This document shows, one piece after another, positions 23,365 to 35,641 of a DNA stretch of 64,000 nt. The stretch is taken from the NCBI RefSeq assembly GCF_036365525.1, contig NC_090382.1, forward strand, positions 111,014,372 to 111,078,371. Reading direction: 5' to 3'. Every line of letters begins with the position of its first letter. Position 1 is the stretch's first letter. A program made the position numbers and the translations under genes. The DNA is from Heterodontus francisci. Its lineage: Eukaryota. The notes under the pieces are model-generated. The model was not told where the DNA came from, made no database searches, and was given only the letters and a program-made list of their open reading frames with translations.

Positions 23365-24560
23365 ACTTAAAATGTTGGTGTTGGTGAGCTAGCTTCTTGA
23401 ACCACTGCAAGTGAGGCCGAAGGAAAGGCCAATATATTTCAAAGTCAGTATGGCTTGTGACTTGGAGGGCAACTTGCTGTTGGTGGTGTTCCCATGCTCC
23501 GACTTCCCTTGTTCTTCCAGGTGGTAGAGTTTGTGGGTTTGAAAGATGCTGTTGAAGAAACAGTGGCAAGTTGCTGCAGTGCATCATGTAAATGCTAACC
23601 ATTGCACCTACAATGCATCGGTGGTGCACGCAGTAAATCTTCAAGGTGGTGGATGGGGTGCCAATCAAGCAGGTTGTTTTGTCCTGGATAGTGTCGAGCT
23701 TCTTGAGTGTTGTTGCAGCTGCACACATTTAGTCAAGTGGGGAACATTGTATCACGCTTCTGATTGTGCCTTGTAAAAGCTAAACAGGCTTTGGTGAGTC
23801 AGGAGGGTAGTTACTCAGCACAAAATACTGAACTTCTGATCTGCTCTTGTAGCTACAGTACTTACATGGCTGGTTCAGTGAATACTTTCAGTATGCTGAT
23901 AGTGGGGAATTCAGTGATGGTAATGCCGTTAAATGTCAAGGGGAGATGATTAGATTCTCTCTTATTGGAAATGATCATTGCCTGGAACTTGTGTAGCACA
24001 AATGTTACTTTCCAATTATCAGTGCAAGCCTAAATGCTATCGTTGTTTTGCTGCATCCAGCTATAAACTGCTTCATTATCTGAGGAGTTATGAATGGAAC
24101 TGAACATTGTGCAATTATTAGTACACATCCCATTTCTGACATTGTGATGAAGTAACTGAAGATGATTGGGCCTATCAATGGCCCGAGAAACTCCTGTCGC
24201 AATGTTCTGGGGTTGGAATGATTGGTCTCCAACAACCCCCACCATCTTCCATTGCTTTGCTGATGATTGAGAGTAGACTGATGGGGCGCCAATTAGCTGG
24301 GTGGATTTCTCCTGCATTGTGTGGACGGGACATACCTGGGCAATTTTTTACTTTGTTGTAGCTGTACTGAAACAACTTGGCTAGGGGTGTGTCTAGTTCT
24401 GGAGGACAAGTCTCCAGCACAACTGGGATGCTTCCTAGGACCATAGCCTTTGCTATATCCAGTACGCTCAGCCATTTCTTGATATCAAGTGGAGTGCATC
24501 GTCTCCTGAAGATTGACATCTGTGATGATGGGAACCTCAAGAGGAGACACATACGAATCC
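23365..24560 (-). mobile_element. CR1/L2-superfamily LINE fragment (same family as 1-735)
   Basis: TTLKKLDTIQDK...HHRC..HCSN; ANWRPISLLSIISKAME; PLAKLFQYSYN. Confidence 0.85.
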
Positions 24561-25489
24561 AAAGGCGATATGACATTGGAGGTTTCCCAGTTATATAAAC
24601 TGAAGAACATCTTAATACGGGGATATTTTTGCTCTTTGCGTTCTGGTGGAGAACCCGTACTAAGATGAATAATATTGCTGTAAAGCTGTGCAGTTGTTAC
24701 AATGAGTGAGATCTGTAGCCATCAAGCAATGCTCTGGCACGGATATTTTTAGGTGTAGTGTTCAGACCTAGCAATATAGCCTGATATTGACCTGAATTTA
24801 CAGGCCACTCTTTTCAGGGTGCATACAAAACTTCATCAATTCAATCTCATTTTTATAGACAGTGTGCTCTGTTCTAATCACATATTTTGATTCTCTTTAT
24901 TATACCGCAGTGTTCTCTCATGGCGTACATTTTGCAACGCACGTGATTGTGTTGGATGCATGAGAAGAGGGATATTTTTCCAAGCGACTTCATGAAGAAT
25001 GCGTGTACCACTAAGATCACAGGGAAAATTTTGTCCCTTATTCATGCTTACACGAAATGTGACCCGGGTATCTTCAAACGCCCCTGCACGATGTTTCAAA
25101 CATTCATTTAAAATAAAAAAACATACAGTTTGAATACAAAGGGCCATCATTTTGGAGGCAATTTTGATGTAATTTTGTAACCGTGAATAAAAAGTTAATT
25201 TTCTGGTCTCCAAACTTTCCATTTCAATTCTCGGCGAAGCTAAAGGGTAACCATGTTGTGAAGGAGGAGGCAGTCGTAGACTTTGGGTTTTGGTAATACC
25301 AATAATGCAGTTGGAGGCAAAATAGCTTTTTTTCTCTCAGCTTTGAACTCAATCTCTTCTACAAGATGTAGGAACGAAATATTATGCCCGGCCCAGTCCG
25401 CACATGAACAAATCAATCCACTTGTTAAGGACGCGCGATGTCTCAAGTTTACCGAAAATGTGATGTTAACCCGTTATTATCTGAACTGC

Positions 25490-26130
25490 CAATGGAACAA
25501 GCAAGTGCACCCTCGCTCATGCCTTGAACTCTTTCCTAAAGTCTGGTAACAAAATTGGCTACAATACTCCAGTCAGGGCCCAACCGGCCCTTTCAAATTT
25601 CTGAGCATAGTTTTGTTGCTTTTACACTTTATGCTTCTATTGATAAAGCAAATGATCCCATGTGCCCTGTTATCAGCCTTCTCAGTTTGTCCCGCCACCT
25701 TCAAAGACTTAAGTACTTACACCTCAGGCATCTCTGTTCCAGCAATTCCTTCAAAATTATACCATTTAGTTTATAATGTCTCGTCTCACTCATCCTACTA
25801 AAATGAATCGTTTCACACCTGCGTTATATTTCACTGCCATGTGTCTGTCCATTTTACCAATGTGTCTAGGTTCTCCTGTTACTATCCTCCTTATTCTTCG
25901 ACACATTTCCGAGTTTCAAAACTTTCAAATTAGGCTCTGTGCACCAAAGTCTAGCTTTAATATGTCAAAAATATTAATGGGCCCCATACCGATCTCTAGG
26001 AGATGCCACGGCACACTTTCCTCTAGTCAAAAAATAACCATTCACCACTACTTTCCGCTTTTTGTCCCTTACCAAATTACATAATCAAGCAGGCCGCTGC
26101 CCTTTTAATTGTATGAGCTTTAATACTGAT
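25490..26130 (-). mobile_element. Decayed CR1 RT fragment
   Basis: Homologous by eye to the minus-strand CR1 at 15900-16550. Confidence 0.6.
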
Positions 26131-26420
26131 TTTTAGTTGGTATTTTATAAAACGCCCATTGCATGTCCATGTAAAGAACACATAGAAAATTTAATGGAGA
26201 ATGATAGTATGGAGCTGAAACATTGTCGGTCATTGCTGACGTAGAAGGAGCAATTGAAAGGAACCTCAGAAATGCGACCGCACATGCTGCATTTAAAAGT
26301 CTGAAAAATATAACTACTATTTTTATGCATGCTCGTCTGAATATTTTGATTGTACACTCGTAAATATAACACTGTACGTTACAAATAATTTCGAAACAGT
26401 ATAGCTTTAAGAAGAGTTGC

Positions 26421-26462
26421 TGCAGTTATTGGTTGTGACTCTTCGTGTCGCTGTCTACCAAT
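26421..26462 (+). promoter_or_regulatory. cPcdh promoter CSE, exon 3
   Basis: TGCAGTTATTGGTTGTGACTCTTCGTGTCGCTGTCTACCAAT. Confidence 0.88.
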
Positions 26463-26720
26463 AAGGAGCCGCGAGGCTGCGAGAGATCGACCCCCTCCTT
26501 CGCCAGGAAAACACAGAACAGAATCGAAGAGACAGACGGTGCCTGCGTTTCTGCTGTGCAGCCGTGTTCAGAACAGTTGCTCCGAGTCTGTCTCTGCATT
26601 TCACGGTTCGAGCTTAGTCTTTAGAAATATATTCAAATAATTGTTGTGGCTTCAGAGGCAAATTAATACGATCAATTGACAGATATTTCGATATTTTGGA
26701 ACAAATTCTAGCTTAGAACA

Positions 26721-29114
26721 ATGGTGAATTCACAGAGGAGCGGCGCGTCTTTTATTTTCCTGCATTATGTTTTGCACCTGGTTTTGGGACAAATTCGCTA
26801 CTCGATTCCCGAGGAGCTGGAGCATGGGGCCTTTGTTGGGAATATCGCTGAGGATTTAAGACTAAACGTTTGGGAATTATCGGCTCGTAATTTTCGGCTG
26901 GTCGTCGATGACATAAGGCAATATATGGAGGTAAATGTGGAAAATGGGAATTTATTTGTTAATGAAAGAATCGACAGAGAACAGCTCTGTAGACAAAGCT
27001 CTGTCTGTTCCCTTTCTTTTCAAATAGCGCTGGATGATCCTATGGAAATGCATCGTATCGCAGTGGAGATACTAGATGTAAATGATAATTCGCCCAGCTT
27101 TGAGAAAAGCGAATTCTCTTTGGAGATCAGTGAATTAATTGCGCCAGGGGCGCGCTTCCCTCTCGAGAGCGCACATGATGCAGACGTGGGCACAAACATA
27201 ATCAGCATTTACCAGATTAGTCCAAACGAGCACTTCGGGATTAAATTGCAAGAAATGAGAGATGGGAGTAAAAGTGCCGAGCTGTTATTAGAGAAGCCAT
27301 TAGACCATGAACAACGGTCAACATTTCACCTTATACTGACTGCCATTGACGGCGGGATTCCTCACAGATCTGGCACAATTCGGATTATCATTAACGTCGT
27401 GGACGCAAATGATAACGCGCCGATTTTCGATCAAGAAATCTACAGGGCCGAAGTAGTAGAAAACGTCGCCAAAGGTACGTTAGTGGTAAAAGTTAACGCT
27501 GCTGATTTGGACGAAGGCACCAACGCTGACCTAACATATTCTTTCACCAATCACGTTTCAAAAAGGATTCGCGAATTGTTCAAATTGGACCCGGAAACTG
27601 GAGTGATCAGTGTTCAAGGTAGAGTGGATTTTGAAGAATCACGTGTTTGTGACCTTGATGTACAAGCTGTGGACAATGCTCCACCTGGGTTGTCAGGGCG
27701 TTGCAAAGTTGTTGTCGACATAATTGACGTTAATGATAATGTCCCTGAGTTGGGCGTAACCTTGGTGTCCGGCAACGTGCGGGAAGACGCTCCTGCGGGG
27801 ACTGTGATAGCGCTGATCAGCGTAACGGATCGAGATTCGGGTGAATATGGACAAGTTCAGTGTCAGGTTCCAGGGAATATTCCATTTACGCTTGAAAAAC
27901 CTTTCAGAAATAACTATAAGTTGGTTACACGTGATATTCTCGATCGTGAAACGGCCTCAGTGCACAACATCTCTATTTCAGCCTGGGACGGAGGGTCTCC
28001 TCCTCTTTCAACAAGTGAAACGATTACAGTTTCGGTAACTGACATAAATGACAACGCACCAAGGTTTACCCAATCATCATATAATGTGTATCTGATGGAG
28101 AACAACACTCCAGGAGCTTCTATATATGCCGTTACCGCTTTGGAAGTTGATTTGGATCAGAATGGAGAAGTCTCCTATTCTATTCCGGAGAATCAGATGC
28201 AAGAACTGTCTGCAAATGATTACGTCACGATTAATTCCAAAACTGGGAACATTTACGCGCTGCGCTCCTTTGACTATGAGCAGCTGAAAAATTTGCAGAT
28301 CAAAGTTCAAGCGCAGGATGCTGGATCTCCCCCACTGAGCAGCACTGCTACCGTGAGTGTCATTATATTGGACCAAAATGACAATGCTCCGGTTATTGTT
28401 TCACCTTTAACCTGGAACAGTTCAGCCACAGTGGAGATTGTGCCTCAGTCAGTATACCCAGGTTACTTAGTCACCAAGGTAATCGCGACTGATGCCGATT
28501 CCGGTCAAAACGCACGGCTTTCCTACCAACTGTTGGAGGCCTCTGATCACAGTTTGTTTACTGTGGGGTTTCTCTCTGGAGAAATAAGAGCAACCCGACG
28601 ATTTAGAGAGCAAGATATCACCACAGAACGCTTAATCCTCTGTGTGAAGGACAATGGACAGCCGATCCTCTCCAGTTCGGCCACAATCTTTTTTTCAATC
28701 TTGTCTAACATTACAGAAAAATCTTCCGAACGAACTGACGAACCGACACAGTCGGGTTATTTTTCGCATCTGAATCGCTATTTGATCATCATTTTAGGAT
28801 CAACTTCCTTTCTGTTTCTTGTAACCATAATTTTTCTGGTCGTCATAAAGTTTAAACAAGACAGAAATATTGCTGAAGGCTACAGCTCTACAGTTTGTTG
28901 TTGCAAACGTGGAAGTTCGAATGATGCCTTTAATCGGAGACCCGCAGCAAACCAGTCACTAAATTATAGAGGATCTGGCCAAATTGAAAGTTATCAGTAT
29001 AACCTGTGTTTATCACCAGAATCATCGAAAAGTGATTTTTTGTTTCTAAAGCCCTGTAATCCGACTTTGCCATTCGATGACTTGGGTGCTCGGGAGACCA
29101 TCGCAAGAAGATAA
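26721..29114 (+). CDS. Clustered protocadherin variable exon 3 (797 aa)
   Basis: Same architecture; intact ORF; CSE core 272 bp upstream. Confidence 0.95.
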   Translation: MVNSQRSGASFIFLHYVLHLVLGQIRYSIPEELEHGAFVGNIAEDLRLNVWELSARNFRLVVDDIRQYMEVNVENGNLFVNERIDREQLCRQSSVCSLSFQIALDDPMEMHRIAVEILDVNDNSPSFEKSEFSLEISELIAPGARFPLESAHDADVGTNIISIYQISPNEHFGIKLQEMRDGSKSAELLLEKPLDHEQRSTFHLILTAIDGGIPHRSGTIRIIINVVDANDNAPIFDQEIYRAEVVENVAKGTLVVKVNAADLDEGTNADLTYSFTNHVSKRIRELFKLDPETGVISVQGRVDFEESRVCDLDVQAVDNAPPGLSGRCKVVVDIIDVNDNVPELGVTLVSGNVREDAPAGTVIALISVTDRDSGEYGQVQCQVPGNIPFTLEKPFRNNYKLVTRDILDRETASVHNISISAWDGGSPPLSTSETITVSVTDINDNAPRFTQSSYNVYLMENNTPGASIYAVTALEVDLDQNGEVSYSIPENQMQELSANDYVTINSKTGNIYALRSFDYEQLKNLQIKVQAQDAGSPPLSSTATVSVIILDQNDNAPVIVSPLTWNSSATVEIVPQSVYPGYLVTKVIATDADSGQNARLSYQLLEASDHSLFTVGFLSGEIRATRRFREQDITTERLILCVKDNGQPILSSSATIFFSILSNITEKSSERTDEPTQSGYFSHLNRYLIIILGSTSFLFLVTIIFLVVIKFKQDRNIAEGYSSTVCCCKRGSSNDAFNRRPAANQSLNYRGSGQIESYQYNLCLSPESSKSDFLFLKPCNPTLPFDDLGARETIARR

Positions 29115-29719
29115 TTTAGAAGCAATTTCAACGCTGGGAATGTCAGATTTGATGAAAAGCTACCATCATGCGTTGAGGCAGTGCGTAAGATTTTTGTATA
29201 TGGCAAACTCCTCACACTAGTAACAGAATGCCGAATAGGCTCTTGTCCCTATGACCCTGCTTGTCTTTGGTGCTGAATATACACGCCGCTTTTAGTACGT
29301 ACTCTATTAAGGTTAGTATGAAACCTGACTTTATTTGTTTCACATTCTGTTTTGATGAAATACATATCATTGTGTTCCCGTCATTCTCTCTGCTACTGGA
29401 TTGGTGTTGAAAAGCATGCACATTAAACTGGCTGGTATCAGACGTACAATTGCAGCACCTGAGTGCATTCAACAGTAACGTTTCACAAAACTGAAGCCTT
29501 TATTTCTGATGCCAGGTTCAATTAAAATAATCGATTGTATCAATGCATGCAATGAGAACATTGACGCTTTTTTCAATAAATACGTCGGTCTGAAAATGCT
29601 GCATATTTTTCCAAAAACAAATTGTGCAGCAATTAAACTGAATATTGTAAATGCAAAGTCTGTCTCTGCTGTGCTCCAAACTTGATATAAAACTCTGATT
29701 GGTTGGCTAAGTAATCTAG

Positions 29720-30140
29720 GTATTTTCTCTTCAGTTGGTTGCCCGCAAATCTCACTACAAATCTATATCCAATTCCTTTGTGAACGTTTTCATTGAATCT
29801 GCTTCCAGCACTCTTTCAGTTCGATTATAACAACATACTGTTTTAAAAAAAGGCTCCTCATCTCTCTAGATATTTTGGCAATTACCTTAAATCTATCTCT
29901 CCTCGTTACAAACTGTCATATCAAAACCATTCACAATTTTGAACAAATCTATTAAATCTGCCCTAACCTTCTCTGCTCTAAGGGGAAAACAATCCATCTT
30001 TTCTGGTCTCTCTATATAACTTAAGTCCCTCATCCCTGGTGCATTTCCAGCAAATCTGCTCTGGACACTCTCCAAAGGCAACGTTCCTAAAGTGTGGGGC
30101 CGAGTATTGGACACAATACTCCAGAGAAGCTGTACTGAAG
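29720..30140 (-). mobile_element. CR1 3' fragment
   Basis: LEYCVQYSAPHFR; LESVQSRF..PGMRDLSYIER..DLIDLFKIVNGFD. Confidence 0.75.
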
Positions 30141-30469
30141 ATATCGACCTTGAATTGGTATATATTGCATACCACTTAGTTATGTATTATCAGCTTTAAA
30201 ATGGTAAGAGATAAAAAAAGTACATATGTGACTATATATTATGGCTCACTACCGTTTTCATTCAAGAATTGGCTGAGCTGTAAAATTCAATCCTAAAATA
30301 TCTGTAAAAATCTCAGACTGCAATTTTAAAAATGCAACTTGACTTATATTAGTTAATACAATTCAGCGGCACTGATGTTATTGCCTGCATAATATAAACA
30401 CAGCTATTAGTGAACGATTCCACAGAGATATCATTGTCAACACACAGTTCTGACTTTTAATCGTTTGAA

Positions 30470-31680
30470 TCCCTCCAATCAACTTTCTACACGCCACACA
30501 TACAACACCACTCTACCCATGTCACAAATAACATACGTTGTGACTATGACCGTGGTGTCTTACCCCTTCTCGTCCTCCATGACCTCTCTGAAGACTTTGA
30601 CATAGTATACCAAAATATGCTCCACCAACACCTCTCTTCTGTTGTCATAGCCAATGCGGCTTCCCCAGCTTGGCTACATTCTTTTCTTGCGTGACAGTTC
30701 AAACATCTGCAACACGGGTTAACTTCTCTCTTCCCGCATTGCGACATTTCTTCAACCCGAAGTATCTACCCTTTTGCAATTCTCTTCCTCGTCTACAAGT
30801 TGCACTTTGCTGACATTATCCACAGAATTGAGGTCAGCCTTCACATATTAGGCTACTGATACCCAGCTCTCCCTCTGCCCCACTACTGTCCAACACTCCA
30901 CTGCCTCTATATTGCTGCATTTCTTGACAGGCATTCCATTATGAACGAGTTTCAATTTATTCCAGTACAGCAATGAGAAGAGCCTAGGCCCCCATAACAA
31001 ATTCTGTCCCCTTGCAATTGACCACATGCCCTTCCTTGGCCACACTATCAGGTTGTACCAGACTTCTTCATCCCGCAGCATCCAACTCTGTCCCAAGCTG
31101 AACTTCCAATCCCTTGTTCTCTACATCACAGAGACTGGCTGCATCCACCTCCAGAAAGTCATTTGTTATTGTCTCTATCTCATTCCATATGTTGCTAAAA
31201 GTCTCGTCTATGCTTTTATCAGCGCTATACTCAAATCATTCAAATCACTCATGGCCCATTTTCCTACCTCCACGCTCAATAAATTTCTGCTCATCCAATA
31301 AGAAGTTAAAGTTACACTTCACGTCTCCGTCGGTGATTCTTGGCCCCACGACGCTTCAAATTTAATGTTGACAATCTCATCTTAAAATGTAGCCATGATC
31401 ACCCTCTTTCCTATTTCTGCATCCCAGTGCAGCTCTACAAACTCGCATCCCAGACTGATGTCCCCCGACTCAGGCCTTTATTGCAGACACCTCCTTCCAT
31501 TGCTCCGACACTCCTCCACCCCCAACCATTGGCGGCCGTACCTTCCGCCGCCTAGGTCGAACATTGCAGAGTTCCTTCACGATCTGGCTCCATCTCTTCT
31601 CCTCTAAGATTGTCGTTAAAACCTAACGACTTGAACAAAACTTTGGTCACACTTTATAGTAGCATCTTCTTTAATACAGA
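30470..31680 (+). mobile_element. Old L2-like LINE fragment
   Basis: VTNNIRCDYDRGVLPLLVLHDLSEDFDIV.. (L2 RT-like); homologous to the copies after exons 1, 2 and 4. Confidence 0.7.
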
Positions 31681-31778
31681 GATCAAATTTTCAGACAATG
31701 TCTCGTTTTATTCGTATTTTTCTCACCCCTCATACTCATCAGAATTGTTTACGAATATAAATAGTATTACTTAAAACA

Positions 31779-33325
31779 GACTCGAGCGAATACTTTCCCC
31801 ACTATGCTTAGCATAGTGGGGAGGGAAGGTCTTCGCTTGAGTCACTTTAAACAGGCTCCAGAAGCTGGCTGAGCGTGTCTACCCTGAGGCACAGTGTGGC
31901 TTTCGAGAAGAGAGATCCACCATTGACATGCTGTTCTCCCTTCGCCAGCTGCAGGAGAAATGCTGCGAACAAGAGATGCCCCTCTAAGCTGCTTTCATTG
32001 ATCTCACCAAAGCCTTTGACCTCGTCAGCAGACGTGGTCTCTTCAGACTACTAGAAAAGATCAGATGTCCACCAAAGCTACTAAGTAGATTCACCTCATT
32101 CCATGACAATATGAAAGGCACAATTCAGCATAGTGGTGCCTCATAAGACCCCTCTCCTGCCCTAAGTGGCGTGAAACAGGGCTGTGTTCTCACACCTACA
32201 CTGTTTGTGATCTTCTGCTCCCTGCTGTTCTCACATGCATTCAAGTCATCAGAAGAAGGAAATTTCCTCCACACAAATCAGGAGGCAGGTTGTTCAACCT
32301 TGCCCGTCTAAGAGCGAAGACCAAAGTACGGAAAATCCTCATCAATGATCTCCTCTCTGCTGATGATGCTGCATTAACTGAAGAATGTCTGCAGAGATTT
32401 ATTGACAGGATTGCGGCTGCCTGCAACGAATTTGGCCTAACCATCAGCCTCAAGAAAACGAACATCATGGGACAGGACGTCAGAAATGCTCCATCCATCA
32501 ATAACGGCGACCAAGCTCTGGAAGTAGTTCAAGAGTTCACCTACCTAGGCTCAACTATCACCAGTAACCTGTCTCTCGATGCAGAAATCAACAAGCACAT
32601 GGAAATTCTTATACTGCTATGCCCAGACTGGCCAAGAGAGTGTGGGACAATGGCGCACTGATACAGAACACAAAAGTCCGAGTGTATCAAGCCTGTGTCC
32701 TCAGTACCTTGCTCTATGGCAGCGAGGCCTGGACAACATATGTCAGCCATGAGCGACGTTTCAATTCATTCCATCTTCGCTGCCTCCGGAGAATCCTTGG
32801 CAGCAGGTGGCAGAACTGTATCTCCAACACAGAAGACCTCAAGGTGGCCAGCATCCCCAGCATATACACCCTACTGAGCCAGCGGCGCTTGAGATGGCTT
32901 GGCCATGTGAGCTGCATGGAAGATGGCAGGATCCCCAAGGACACATTGTACAGCGAGCTCGCCACTGGTATCAGACCCACCGGCCGTCCATGACTCTGCT
33001 TTAAAGACATCTGCAAACTCGACATGAAGTCCTGTGACATTGATCACAAGTCATGGGAGTCAGTTGCCAGTGATCGCCACAGCTGGCAAAAAGCCATAAA
33101 GGGGGGCTAAAGTGTGGCGAGTCGAAGAGACTTAGCAGTTGGCAGGAAAAAAGACAGAAGTGCAAAAGGAGAGCCAACTGTGTAATAGCTCCGACAACCA
33201 ACTTTATCTGCAGCACCTGTGGAAGAGTCTGTCACTCTAGAATTGGCGTTGCTTCACAAACCACTGACCACCTCCAGGCGCTTCCCCATTGTCTCTCGAG
33301 ACAGGAAGGCCAAAGAGAAGAAGAA
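31779..33325 (+). mobile_element. 5'-truncated RTE-clade LINE (RT, C-terminal CxxC, GAA tail)
   Basis: PEAQCGFR..STIDMLFSLRQLQEKC..FIDLTKAFDLV..GVKQGCVL..LLSADD..FTYLGS..STLLYGSEAW..FICSTCGRVC; (GAA)n tail; degenerate TSD acttaaaac/acttagaac. Confidence 0.9.
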
Positions 33326-35355
33326 CTTAGAACTGATTTTTAATCATTGTATCTGTGGCGCCATTTAACTGTACGGGTTAATTACCTGTGCTAATGCCTT
33401 CTTTATTATACTTTGCGTTTTCTTGCTTATGTCAAATAACTAAATTGTTCCAATAGACGTGCAACACATACGGCTTCAATTATTCGTTAACAGCATTTTG
33501 ATAATAATTATTTTGATTACAACCTAAATGCCTGTGTTATTATGTCACCTTTCAATAACTGTTTAACTCTGTACGTGACATTTCAATGCAGAAATAGCAC
33601 AACGAAAGCTGTTGAAAGCTTTCGTTATTGATGGATATCATGGAGCTTCTCTGTGACATTCAGTGGGCCATGGAATTACACAAAAGAGTACTAAATGTGC
33701 ATCAAATTGCATCTTTGCCAAAGCACAGGCTATTTAAGTACTCTGGCTGTGGTTCCCAAGCTGTTTGCTGATGGGAATGGGATCATTACCATTATAAAAA
33801 AGATAACAATGCTCTATGGCTCCAGTTATGATGGAATACCACAAGATATCTACAGCTGTAGTAGTACCGCACTTCACTATCTATTAAATTCGTTCTTGCA
33901 ACTCATCTGGATTGCGGCGGGGGAGGGGTGGGGGCGATGGAGCGTTAGGGTGGGGGTCATTGGAGGGGGAACAGGATTCGATAGGAGGAAATGAGCTGAA
34001 GGATCCCAGCGATTCCAGCAAGGCCATCATTTATAAGAATTAAGATGTAATTTAGTATTAAAATTAAATCTCGCTCTTTTCCAAGGACCGGGAGGATTTC
34101 ATGCATGTATCATTCAAGTTGCTAACAATAAATATTACAAAGGCCTCTCCAAATGCACTGTCGATCTCCAGCCCATCTCAGTAGTACAAAACAATTGTAT
34201 TGCGAATGTTACTTATGGCATAACTTAACGTTCATTAAGCTTGAGATGAGATGATTTGTGAATACGTTTATAAAGAATAGCTTTACCAGTAAGATCGCAC
34301 GTTACCTTTTCCCCTTTGCTCACGTTCACAAGGACGCTTCAAATGTCCATTCACAACTTTGCCAATACTTATTTAACAACCAAGAAACATACAACTGGAA
34401 CATGTATGATTTGCAAAGGACAATCATAGATACAATATTGACGCAACCGTGAACGGAGGTTAATTTTCTCGGGAGAAAACGTGCCATTTAAACTTTCGCC
34501 AGAAGTTAAAGGTTCACATGTTGTGAAAACTGCATGTGCAGTCCTAGAAAGCAGATATCAAAACAAAATCACGAACAAGTAACATGAAAATGATCAACCA
34601 AATTAATCGGACATTACTAACATTGTTCCGCTCGTTTATGCACGGATCTCCTTTCGACCGTCCTCGGCAGCGTCTCGTATAATCGGAGCAAACAGCAGAG
34701 AAAGTGAAAAATTCTACGCTGATGTCTCCTCGTCAATGCGTCTATATAACCTCAGATTTGGACTTTTCTCTCAACATTGCACAGTCTGTGCATTCTTTCA
34801 GTCACAAAACCCTTCACTCTTAGTATCAGAAAGGGTAAGCTCTGAGACCATCTCTAACAACAAGTTGCAATAATACGCGTTGAAGCCTAAGTAACACATT
34901 AGAACATCGCAACGAATTTGTGGTAAATTAGCGACAGGATCCTTGGGTCTTGGAAAGAATGAAAATGTAGCTTATTGGTTTTAATTCTCTGATACAGTCT
35001 CCTGTACAGGCAGTATGAACGAACGAATAGTCTTATTTTTACATAAATGTTCCAACAGATTTCATCAGATAAACCGTAAGCCAAGAAAGACAAGAACGAC
35101 TTTATAAAGGAGGCAACGTAATATTTAGTGCAAGTTATGACAATATGGCGATCAATCATTGGCGACCATTGGGGACGTGAACGATGCAAGTACTAAGAAT
35201 ATCGTAATATCGGCCGCATAGATTGAATTTAAAATAAGACTAAAATAAAATTCAATTTTGCATGCTTGTCTGCATATTTTAATTGTACATCCGTAAATAT
35301 AACGTGCGATACATTATAAATTATTGCGAAACAGTCTGGCTTTAAGAATAGTTGC

Positions 35356-35383
35356 TGCAGGTTGAGACACTTCGTCTACCAAT
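35356..35383 (+). promoter_or_regulatory. Degenerate CSE of the pseudogene (CGCT core and ATTGG deleted)
   Basis: TGCAG------GTTGAGACACTTCGT--------CTACCAAT relative to the intact copies. Confidence 0.8.
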
Positions 35384-35641
35384 AAGGAGTCAAGACGCTG
35401 CGAGAGATCGACCCCCTCCTCCGCCAGGGAAACACAGAACAGAATCGCAGAGGCAGGCGGCACCTGCGTTTATGCTGTGCAGCCGTGTTCAGAAAAGTTG
35501 TCCAGGTTGGGACTTTGTATTCCTCGGCTCAACATTAGTGTATCGATATATAGTCGACTAACTGTTGCGACATAACAGTCTAGTCAATATAACCGATTGC
35601 GGAAGATTTCGATATTTTTCAACAAATTCCTGCCCAGAACA

